A DNA stretch of 64,000 bases from Camelus ferus (Eukaryota), in NCBI RefSeq assembly GCF_009834535.1, contig NC_045696.1, positions 26,972,001 through 27,036,000 on the forward strand. Reading direction: 5' to 3'. The notes beneath the pieces are model-generated. The model did no database searches. It was not told the DNA's origin and saw only the letters and a list, made by a program, of their open reading frames with translations. This document shows positions 30,701 to 40,865 of the stretch, in pieces (the first letter of the stretch is position 1; each line of letters opens with the position of its first letter). Made by a program: the position numbers and the translations under genes.

Positions 30701-31169
30701 ATACAATGGAATATTACCCAGCCATAAAAAAGAATGAAATATTGACATTTGCAGCAACATGGGTAGACCTAGAGAATATCAAACTAAGTAAAGTTAGTCA
30801 GACAGAGTAAGACAAATAGTATATGATATCACTTATATAAGGAATCTAAAAAATAATATAAATGAATCTAGATACAAAACAGAAACATATTCACAGACAT
30901 AGAAAACAAACTTATGGTTACCAAAGGGGAAAGGGATGGGGGGATGAATTAAGAGTATGGGATTAACAGAGACGAGCTACTATAGATAAAATAGATAAGC
31001 AAAAAGGATTTACTGGATAGCACAGGAAACTATCTTCAATATCCTGTAATAACCTATAGTGGCAAATCTGAAAAATATACATACATCTATATAACTGAAT
31101 CACTTTGCTATACCTGAAACTAACACAATATGGTAAATCAACTACATGTCAAATTTTTTAATAAAAAAA
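27790..31169 (+). mobile_element. 5'-truncated LINE-1 (ORF2 remnant, 3'UTR, A tail), inactive
   Basis: ORF2 peptides (NMLLKNQWVN, KAVLRGKF, LSLYADDMTLY RT motif at ~29142, AIYRFN, WCWESW) broken by many stops and frameshifts; imperfect TSD TAAAAACATG[A/G]AAAT at 27775-27789 and 31170-31184. Confidence 0.95.
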
Positions 31170-32496
31170 TAAAAACATGGAAATATTTTAGCTTACTATC
31201 AAGATTCTTCATATATACACATTCTGTTTTTCAGGTTTGGTAAGTGTGGAATAGAATCTTTAATTCTTAAGAATAATTCTCATGGAATATTTTTTGATTA
31301 CTTTCATAGGAATAACTCTAAGACTCTTTCCCTAAGGCATATTTTACTCTTCTAATAGAATCTCATAGGGACATGTTTTCTTTTCCTATAGATTTTTCCC
31401 TCTTTAATGTCAATATGACATTACAGATTAAAAATGTTCTATTATATTTCTGTTATGTCCAGTATTTATTAGTTTCTGGTAATATTTATAAAATTGAGAG
31501 AAAAATACAGTCCCTGTTAGTATGGCTTAATTATCATCTGAAAGACAACTTCAACATAGGCATATTTTACAGGCCGCACACGTGCATGCGTGCACGCATA
31601 TGCGTGCACGCGCACACACTCACAACACACACACACACACATTCTACAAGTAAATAAATCAACCCAGAATTCAGATGCCAAAGCCTATTCACCACCAGTT
31701 GACTGTTTCAGCTATATTCCTGAGAACTGAGAGTGACAGAGAAGACAGGGTGTCATTCTAATCTTCATTTCACTTTTATTTGGTTAATTCATAATGTGAG
31801 AGAGTGAAACCTGTATTTTAAAAGGAAAGGAAAGGGATAGCCTATTCACTCTCTCTAGGTATATGCAAAGCTCTTGAAACCAATTAGGTATCAACAGAAT
31901 TGTTAATTATCCTGGGGTCACCACCTTTTGTAAAGCCTTTCAGAGTAAAAGGGAGGTGTGGCTTAGCTGACAGCAGGTCAAACAGCCCTCTAATTGACAA
32001 ATCTTATACTCAGCAGTTGGGTTGGCTAGAGAGGTTAAATCACATTTACTCTCCTTCCATAGAGGAAAGTAGATGGACTGTTACAAATATCCTTCCCTCA
32101 TTTACGAAGCAAATGACAACTTGAGTTCTCTGGTTTAAGCTTTAGAGATCAGAGGTAAATAAAAGAGGCAGTCATTGCCTCATGAAGCTTTCATTTTTTC
32201 TTTACAAGAAAACACTGTCACTTCCCAATTTACAACAATTAAGAGAAACCTGTTGTGGGATATGTCTGAAAACTCTTAAGTCTAAAAATTTTCAAAGCCT
32301 AGGCTGTTTTGTTTCCTAGTTCTAAACACCTGGAAGAAGAAAGCACCATACATGCACTCACTGTCTAAAAAAATTAACTCCTCCTAGGTCCAGCTGCACA
32401 CTTCCAATAAAACACCAGTATTTTCCAGCTGCATCACCGATTCCAAGACTTCCATTCCCTTTGAAGGAACTACCACCACCACCTTCCTATTACCAC

Positions 32497-32967
32497 TGTC
32501 GATTGAAATAAAAATGCACAACTTGAGAGCTGTGAGTTCCTTTTTATTCGGAAACCTTATGGAAGACCATAGTCCGGGAGATAGCCTCTAAGTTAGCTCT
32601 GGGGAACTGCCTCAAAGAGGTAGGGGCAGAGGCCAGTATTTATGATGATTTGGGCTAAGGAGTACATGCAATCCAGCAAACATCTTGGTAGAAGGTTACT
32701 GCTAGTCACAAGGAATAGATACGTCAGTTAATAATTTTAGTACTTTTCTAAGTATGGGAAGATGCAAGAATCCAGGTTCATAAACATATTTTTCCTGAAA
32801 TATATTTAACCATCTAAGGGTCTATTTTGCCTATTTCTCAAAGCACAGAGTGCCGATGATGTTCTTTGTCAAAAATCCCTTTCAGGATGTACTGTATATC
32901 AGCAACTGCAGTGGCTAATGACTTAATCATGTAGAATCAGATGGCGAGTAACGTTCCTTGTTTTGTA
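32497..32967 (-). mobile_element. ERV1-class solo LTR (MER41-like)
   Basis: TG start, TTTATT (reverse-strand polyA signal), CCGGGAGATAGCCTC...GCTCTGGGGAACTGCCTCAAAGAGG typical of MER41-like LTRs; right end approximate. Confidence 0.55.
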
Positions 32968-33389
32968 CCGTGATCACAAAATGGAACATAGATTACATGG
33001 GAACCTACACTTTCCCATAGAATCAGTTAAGAATTATTCTGGGAAAAACTTGACATACCATTAGTCATTTTAATATGCTGTATAGAAAATATCCTGATTC
33101 AGGAGCCAAAAGCCCTGGTTCTGATTCCTGCTTTTATGCTTAAAAGCTAACTAATGCTGGGCAAGTTTTAAACTTCTCTCATTTCCCTTATCTGTAAAAT
33201 GGGGATAATACTATCTCTTGTCCACTTAACAGTGTTAGTATAAGGCTTAAAAAAATTATATGTGAAATTAATTTGAAAATTAAAAAACAGTATTTAAATA
33301 AAGAGCATTTAAAAATTATTATGCTTTTATTCTACAAATTGGAGATAGTAATGCATATAATCCCCCCACCATAACTGTTCAGCTGAAAC

Positions 33390-33885
33390 AGCAGTTTGCA
33401 AAGTGGTCCAGGAACCCTTTGTGGCTCCCCACATCTTTTAGGGGGTCCATGAGATCAAAACTCTTTAGATAATGCTACTACTAAGAATTAGTTGCCTTTT
33501 TCAGAATCATTCTGTCATGAGTTTATAATGGACTTTTCCTAGAAGCTATGTGATATATGCTATCACAACAGATTAAATGCAGAAGCAGATATAATCCAGA
33601 ATGGTATCTTTTATTAATTTAGACAGTAAAGAGCTTTTCTGAAATATTTTTTAAAATGCCACACACCTCAGGACTTACTTTTTGTTTCCAAAAACTATTC
33701 AAAAATTTCCCAAAATGTGTCATTTATATTAAATATACAGAGTTTATTATTATTTCCTTCCAATGAGGTCTCATTTTTAATTTCTAACATAGTGACTTTT
33801 GATAAATATAACCTATATATACACAAGCCCTTTGTGGTCCTCAACATTTTAAAGGGGTCATGAGGCAAAGAAGTTTGAAAACTAC
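33390..33885. mobile_element. MER119-like hAT-Charlie relic
   Basis: GGGGGTCCATGAGATCAAAACT near start, GGGGTCATGAGGCAAAGAAGTTTGAAAACTAC at end. Confidence 0.6.
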
Positions 33886-36800
33886 ATAGCTAAGAGAGTA
33901 TGTGGAAAAGAAACTACCTGTGATCATCACACACATAAAAAAATTTGACATAATAACTGCATTAGGATTAAGTAGACATTTGTGAATTGACCTACGTAAT
34001 TTATTGCCCTTCCCTGTTTTGTGCTTCAAACAACCTATTTCAGTACAAAAGTTTGTAATACAACTTGTTCTCACAGAGGAGTCTGCTGACATATTTATGT
34101 GCATTTAAAAACTAATGGGAAAACGCAGGAAGAATGACTGAAGAATATAAGAGAAATCCATTTGTCCACAACTAACCCAATACTACTGCATTATTTAGGA
34201 TGTGAAGAATGCCAGTATTCTAACACTGTCTCTCTGGGGGAAACACCATATTAGTGGCAAGTAAATCCCTGTCACACACTTAAAGAAGTTAAAAGCTGAA
34301 GAGTGGAGGTATTCATCTACTTCCCTTTTTGCTCTGAAAGCTTGAGGACATTGGATCAGCAAACTTGGTACTCATACCTGGGATTTTGAATTCTAAAACA
34401 ATAAAACAAAGGCACAAAGAGAGACAGAAAATTCACAGGGGTGGTGGCAGTGTTGAGAATCCAACTGTGAGCTGTCATCGTCTACCCTGTAGCAGTGGTG
34501 GCTACATGTCCTGTGACAGTGGCTTTTGTGCCAAAGACCTGATCTTGGCTCTTTTCTTATCAGCCTAGTCTCCCTTGGTTCAAGTCCAAATTCTGAGCCT
34601 GATTCTACAGCCTTCTAATGGATGCTGCAAGTTTACCTTATATCCATCAAGTTATAATTTTTCTTGCTTTTTCAGCCAGGATTGGTTTTGTTTTGTTTTG
34701 TTTTTCTTGCCACCCAGAACCCTACAAATTCTGGCAGCACAGTCAGATTTGGGCATTTAATTCTCTAGTTCTGCTGTGTACAAGCTGTGTGAACTTATGT
34801 AAATTATTTCTTCTCCCCCCAAATTAAAACAATAATAATGTTCTCTTTGGTCTTGGTTTATTAATCCGTATATTGGGAATATTATTATGAGGATCGAATG
34901 AGGTAATACACATAAAAATTTGGCACAATGTCTGTGTGTTTGCAATGATTTTGAGATATGGTCAGAAAAAGCCCACTTCAGAAATAAATTTTCTCTAAGA
35001 TTCATATGAGTGAACTACAGAAAGCAGGACATATCACTCATATTGTTTTAACATGTCCTTTCCTCAGAGCATATGTAGAGTTCAATAAAAAATAACAATG
35101 CCTTTTCTACTAGACTTCTGATTCCTTTCATCTACTTTTGTTGGCATATCCAATCATCACTTCTCTTTAATTAGAACTATTCTAATATTATTTCTCAAAG
35201 CGAAAACCATCGATATTTTGAAATGGACAAGTCTGGATCATACAGGACTGCCCCAAGCACAGCAGGAATTTATCATCACTGACCCTGCAACACTAAATGT
35301 ATGACAACCCAAATCATCCCAAGGGGACATCTCTGTTGCCAGTAGGGAACAACTGCAAATCTTGATTATTTCACAGAATGTTAATTAGCACAGTAGCCTA
35401 TTTTAAAATATTTTAAAATGATTAAGTATGAAAAAGTGAACATACTTCTTAAAATTGGTAATGTTCCCAGACTAAAAATCAGTATTTTGAGGAACCAAAT
35501 ACTGAAACTCATAATGGTCTTAGCAAATTATTAGAGGTTGACAAATCAGGGATTCATTATACTGTGTACAACTTTAAAGTCACTTAAGAAAAACAGTATT
35601 CATAATATTGTGAGAGACTTTGAGAACACACAACCCGGTTTTACCCCAAAGTTGAGATGCCTCAGAATTGCCTATGGGCTTAATATAAATACGGACATTA
35701 AATTCTGTTCTAAATGACTAAATTGGAATCCCAGAGAGTAGCCAGGGCATGCATATTTTGCACCACGAAGTATCGTTTGTAAATGTTGAATGCTTTAAAA
35801 TTAATAGACTTTGTAGAGTTCCCTTATTCAATATAAATAATAAAAGTTTTCTACAAAACAATTCATCAGCACTTACCATGTGACTTGGACTATGCTATGG
35901 ACATAAAGATAAACAAGATATAGCTCTGAACTTCAAAGGCTTACTATTTTAGTTGTGGGACACAGACATTAAATAATTAATGTACAATAATATAAAAGAA
36001 TTTTAAAAGCCAAAGAGAAGGGGAGGGAGCTGGTAAATACAAAGCAATGACGGGGACTACATCCTAGAGGACTGGATGAAGTCTGGTGAAGTTTAGCTGT
36101 GAATTAACATAGCAGAGAACGGAGTTTTGCTCATCATACAGAACGATTCTGTGGTACACGAAAGGAACAATTTAAGTAATTATAAAAGAATGACATTTGT
36201 ATTGGTCAGGAGGTTAGAGATTAACATAAATACATGTGCTATTAATTCTCTTTTTTTGACCAAATTAAGTGATTACTCAACTGAAAAAAAAAAAAAAGAT
36301 TTAAATTCAAATGCATCTTAACTGGAAAATGAAAGCAGATACAGCAGGAACAGTATTTATTAGAAAAGAGAGAGGTTCATTCAGTTAGGAAAGCAATATT
36401 GTATTTCCCTAGAAAATTATTGCATATTTGCCCAGCAAACTGTATGTCAACTTTTCCTCCCCTCCTTTCCTTTCTTTCCCTCTTCCTTCATTCTTCCTTC
36501 CTTTTCTCTTTTTCACTTTTAGCTCATACTACCATATTATAAAGCAGAAAGCTCATTGCACAGCCAAGTTAAAATGGAATTGGCATTGCAAGAGGTGGAA
36601 ATTTTTTAAAAATTGTATCAAGAGAGATAGGTCTATCTATAGCTATAGTTTTATAGTTTATAGTTTTACAGTTTGTCTCTGTTGTGCAAACAATACTCCC
36701 CTTATAATTGCCAAACTACTACAGTCACATAAGTCATATGAGTCACAAAAACCCCATTTTTCATGCATTTGTCAATCTAAGAGACAAACAATAATCTTGA

Positions 36801-37165
36801 CATAAGAAGATACTGCTTTTTAGCAATTAGCAAGCCTAAAAAGAATAATTCTTATCAAATAAACATGTGGATGACTTATATTATTTTCTATGAATTTTAT
36901 AGTAGAGAAAATTTCAAGTTTTGTTTTCAATGTATTCTTTTTTTGACAAGAGGTAGGAAGAATGGTGCCATGTGATACAGCATATAGCAACACATACGTG
37001 TTGGGATCTCATACCTTATGGAGAATATAATGAAAGTAGTGGACACATTCTCCCAGAAAAATGCACGCATGCATAGCTGGAAATCACACTAACGTGTTCA
37101 CAGATGCTTTGGTATCTATTCTAGTTAAGAAGTGCCATCCATGGAAAGAACATGGATTCACCTAG

Positions 37166-37616
37166 TGTGAAGGAAAAACCGGGCTGGTCTGACAAGATAA
37201 CTCATAAGTCTAGGAATGTGAAGGAGAGGCTGGGCTGGGCTAACAAGTCTAAGTATTGGAATACTGATCTGAGTTCTGCTAGACTAACTTGTAAATCTAG
37301 GTTAATTAGTGTTGGTTTGCTGTTTATGTGTTTTTGCTAGCCAGCTGGATTTTCAAAGATACATCTGGCTTTGGAATGTTGGTTTGCTGCCTCCCTGCCT
37401 CCACTTTTGTGATGATGCTGCTGCTAAAGCTGTTCCATGCCTATTGGCCGAATACCCCAAGCTTGTACTTTACCCTATAAAACCTCATCTGCATATCTTG
37501 AAGGTGCTCAGAGCTTTGGAGCAGAAGCCCCTCTGAGCCCGCCGGCATAATACATCTGAGTACTCCAACCCTCCGAGTGGTGCTTGTTTCTTGACTGGCC
37601 TGTCGTTTCCGTAACA
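37166..37616 (+). repeat. 5' LTR
   Basis: TGTGAAGG...GTAACA; direct repeat of 41926-42376 with 7 substitutions; ATTGG (37443), TATAAAA (37476-37482), variant polyA signal AATACA (37549-37554). Confidence 0.98.
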
Positions 37617-37620
37617 TTTC

Positions 37621-37638
37621 TGGAGGCCCCAGCGAGAT
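37621..37638 (+). promoter_or_regulatory. Primer-binding site, tRNA-Thr(UGU)
   Basis: TGGAGGCCCCAGCGAGAT, 4 nt after the 5' LTR, is the reverse complement of ATCTCGCTGGGGCCTCCA, the recalled 3' end of mammalian tRNA-Thr(UGU). Confidence 0.85.
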
Positions 37639-37859
37639 ACAACCACGCTGGCCCCTTGAGCTGCTGGACTGGTGGCTCCAGCCGACCGGGGGACGGGATT
37701 CCGGCAGCGAAAGAGGTGGCGCCGCCCGACGGTATTTCGGGTTCTCTTTCCTGACGGCAACTCGGCCCCCAGGTGGCTGGGCTACAACCAGATCCAGACT
37801 CCATGGAGGGACGAACAGACTCACCAGGTGGCCGTCCGGACAAGGTAGGTACCCCCAGG

Positions 37860-38008
37860 AGGTATCAGGTCCTGTCCCACTGGACAGAAGAGGAGGCTGA
37901 TCCCCTCCTACAGGCTCTCCGTCTGATGGTATTTCAGACGGGGAAATCAGGTCAGGTATCAGGTCCTGTCCCAGTGGACAGAAGAGGAGGCGGATCCCCT
38001 CCTACAGG
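37860..38008 (+). repeat. 55-bp direct repeat pair in the ERV leader (37860-37914, 37954-38008) with hairpins
   Basis: AGGTATCAGGTCCTGTCCCA.TGGACAGAAGAGGAGGC.GATCCCCTCCTACAGG twice, 2 mismatches. Confidence 0.9.
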
Positions 38009-38377
38009 AAACAGGATATTGGTATTGGTGGGAAGAATGTTGTTAACCTCTGTGTGTGTGTGTGTGTGTGTGTGAGTGAATGAGCGGCCTGTGAAGCATG
38101 CGATAGGCTCGAGTTTGTAGCTCCACAGCATTCTGCTACAGAGTTCGAGTGAGTCCCAACCTGCCTTTCCGTGGTGACCTCATACGGCTCAGGGCGGTAT
38201 CGGTCCCTCAGGGTCCTGATCGGAGTCAGTGGCTTATACTGACCCGCCAAAGCTAAGAGGCACCTTCGTCCCCACGAGGGGAGCAGCCAGGCGGGCACAA
38301 CGAAAACCCTCCCTTGTCTTGTCTGCGACACCGGCACAGGGTGGCTACACTGGGAGGGAAAAGGACATAGACAGCCA

Positions 38378-38858
38378 ATGAGTCAACGCCCCTGTGCCCT
38401 CGGAGGCTAGGATGCTATTTCTTTGAAAAGTCTCCTACCTGATTCTGTCACAGAACACCCGAGACTTAGTGTTCCCCTACAGAACAGACCCAAGTAGTGC
38501 CCCTTTTGCCTAGCCCCAGACCCCCAGGACTCGAGTTTAGAAGACGAATTCCTTCAGGACCGGGCTTACCTGGCCTTGGAGGTCCCTTTTCTAGTCCATT
38601 TGTATTACCATCTGCCGTCAGTCCCACGCCCCTGATACGTTAGTTCAGGATATAGAGAGGATTTAATGAAGAAAGTCCCTGGAGCTGCTTGAGGCCTTGA
38701 GCTCCAGAGACATCAGCTGTGACTGGAACCCAGACTCCCTGACCAAATTAGCCTTCAAACAACTCATAGACCCAGCAAGAGAGCAGTCTCTCTGGGAACT
38801 CGGTGTTTTGAGGAGTGAAGAAAGAAAAGATATAAAGACTACCTTCCCAAACATCTAA
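38378..38858 (+). pseudogene. Decayed pre-gag ORF (~159 codons)
   Basis: ATG 38378 to TAA 38856-38858 with 3 stops (TAG, TAG, TGA) and one +1 frameshift near 38678; ends 5 nt before gag. Confidence 0.5.
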
Positions 38859-38863
38859 AAAAA

Positions 38864-40628
38864 GTGGGAGGCTCTAAGTCGAAACCCACCACTCTAGACT
38901 GCATGATTAAGAATTTCAAAAAGGGGTTCTCAGGAGACTGGAATTCGAATGACCCCTGGCAGGCTCCGCACTTTGTGTGAGCTTGAATGGCTGGCCTTTG
39001 GAGTTGGGTGGCCCTCAGGAGGAACTCTGGACCTAGCAACAGTGTGAGCACTCTATCAAATAATCAGTGGAACCCCAGGCCACCCAGATCAATTCCCTTA
39101 CACTGACTCCTGGCTGAACATCGCCCAGACTCTACCCCCATGGATTCAGTTCTGCTCAAATGGACCTGGACAATGCAAAATACTAGCAGCCCAGCCAGTC
39201 CAGGCCAAAAAGACAGACAGAAAAAAGCCTATTTTCCAGGGAGACGCAGAAGACAGATATGCCTACCCCCTCCGTATGCCCCCGGGGCACCAACACCTCC
39301 CTTCTGAGGACCCAGAGGCAGAGCCCAGCCCCCAGCCTGAGCCGGTAGGAAGGAGAATCCGCTCAGCACAAGCCAGGAAGCCAGCACCACCGGCCCTCCA
39401 AATGCCGCTGCGGGAGACACAAGGGCCACAACAAGTTGGGGAAAACAGGACTGTTCAGCCCAGGAACCCCGTAATCTGCTACCAACCCTTTAGCACCACA
39501 GCCCTTCTCAATTGGCGCCATCATACTCCTTCCTACTCTGAAAAGCCGCCCAGCAAATAGCAGCAGCAGCAGCCCCTGCAGCCCTGGCGCCGCCTCCACC
39601 TCGGCCGCCGCCTCCATGGCAACTGTCGGGGAGCGCCAGCCCCTGCCCAGTCCCAAAGCGATGGTGGGACAGCCTTCGGGCTCTGTTGCAAAGTCATGCA
39701 AATATGTGGTCTCTGTCCAGCCCACGATGATTTCTACTTTGTGGTATATGACGACTGTAATCAGGCTGTCAAGCCGCAGGCTATGATTGACCTCATAGAG
39801 TCTATCTTCCATTCTCACCGGCCCACCTGTGAAGATGTCTGCTTCTGACTCTTTTCAATACGGAGGGGAGGAGAAGCATTCTCACTGAAGCACGAAAATG
39901 GCCGCAGGGCCGAGCCCCTGGGGACACAATGGATGTTGAGGGATGGGCCATGACACATGCCCCAGACACCAGACCAGACTGGGACTTTAACACCCAAGAA
40001 GGAAGAGAAGCGCTGTGTGAGTACCAGGAGGCCATCCTACAAGGGCTAAGAGCAGGAGCCAAGAAGCCAAATAACATGTCTAAAACGACCACGGTGACCC
40101 AGAGGCCAGACGGAACCCCCACTGACTTCTATGAGAGAATATGTGATGCATTCCGAGTCTACACTCCTTTTGATCCTGAGGCCCAGGAAAACCAGCTGAT
40201 GGTCAATGCTGCCTTCATAGCCCAATCATGCCCAGATATACGCCAGAAACTCAAAAAAAAACTGGACTGGATTTGCAGGGATGAATGCTACACAGCTGCT
40301 GGAAGTTGCAAACAAAGTTTTTGTAAACCGAGAGCGGGAAGCCCAACGAGAAGCAGACCAGCGAATGAAGCAGAAAGCCGCACTCCTTGCAGCAGCCCTG
40401 AGGAAAACAAGCTTCAGCCAGAATCCTGCACCACCCCGGAAGAGGGGACCCCAAGCATGGATGCCCCTGGGCCGAGACCAGTGCGCATACTGCTGGGAGA
40501 CAGGACACTGGAAGAACGAGTGTCCAAACAGAAAGGATGGAAAGAGAGCACCCCTCAAAAGGCCTACTTATCAGCTGGAGCCACCAGCCAGTAATCACAT
40601 CGGACTGGCTGTGGTCGACTCAGAATAG
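38864..40628 (+). pseudogene. gag: ERV gag (MA, PPPY late domain, CA, NC), disrupted
   Basis: GTG in place of ATG then GGSKSKPTTLDCMIKNFKKG, GWPSGGTLD, GHPDQFPY; PPPY at 39266-39277; WRHHTPSYSEKP..QAMIDL; MHR TQRPDGTPTDFYERI; zinc knuckle CAYCWETGHWKNEC; TAG 40626-40628; several frameshifts. Confidence 0.95.
39546..39777 (+). pseudogene. ATXN7: Captured, internally deleted fragment of ataxin-7 mRNA inserted in gag
   Basis: Encodes QQQQP / [30 protein letters not shown] / [35 protein letters not shown], versus recalled ataxin-7 polyQ..[64 protein letters not shown]. Confidence 0.92.
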
Positions 40629-40865
40629 GAGAGACCAGGCTCCCTGCCCCTGGGCCCCTGGGAGCCCAAGGTCAAGATGTTTATAGGGGGCCAACCAATG
40701 ACTTTTATGGTAGACACAGGAGCAGAGTATTCTGTGGTTTGACCCAACCTGTAGCCCCCCTGACCAAGAAAAAGGTGACTATTATAGGGGCTACTGGGGA
40801 CTCAACTGCCCGCCATTTCTGCCAACCACAATCCTGTCGAGTAGGGGGCCATCGAGTGACACATG
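40629..40865 (+). pseudogene. pro: Retroviral aspartic protease, frameshifted and C-terminally truncated
   Basis: In frame after gag TAG (readthrough arrangement): GGQPMTFMVDTGAEYSVV, frameshift near 40739, then VTIIGATG...GGHRVTH. Confidence 0.9.

Noticed and set aside
27782..30810. Several 60-130 aa ORFs as host genes
   Set aside because: All are fragments of a mutated L1 ORF2 or its 3' region.
37441..38337. Overlapping 90-127 aa ORFs over LTR and leader
   Set aside because: GC-rich non-coding leader; no consistent frame or motifs.
39546..39777. Insert as a true ATXN7 exon or an L1-made processed pseudogene
   Set aside because: No splice sites or introns, no poly(A), 3' end of the mRNA absent, embedded in gag with microhomology junctions.
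39363..39818. 151-aa antisense ORF across the ATXN7 insert (contains LLLLL from the CTG strand)
   Set aside because: Expected by-product of GC-rich coding sequence on the opposite strand; no promoter or homology evidence.
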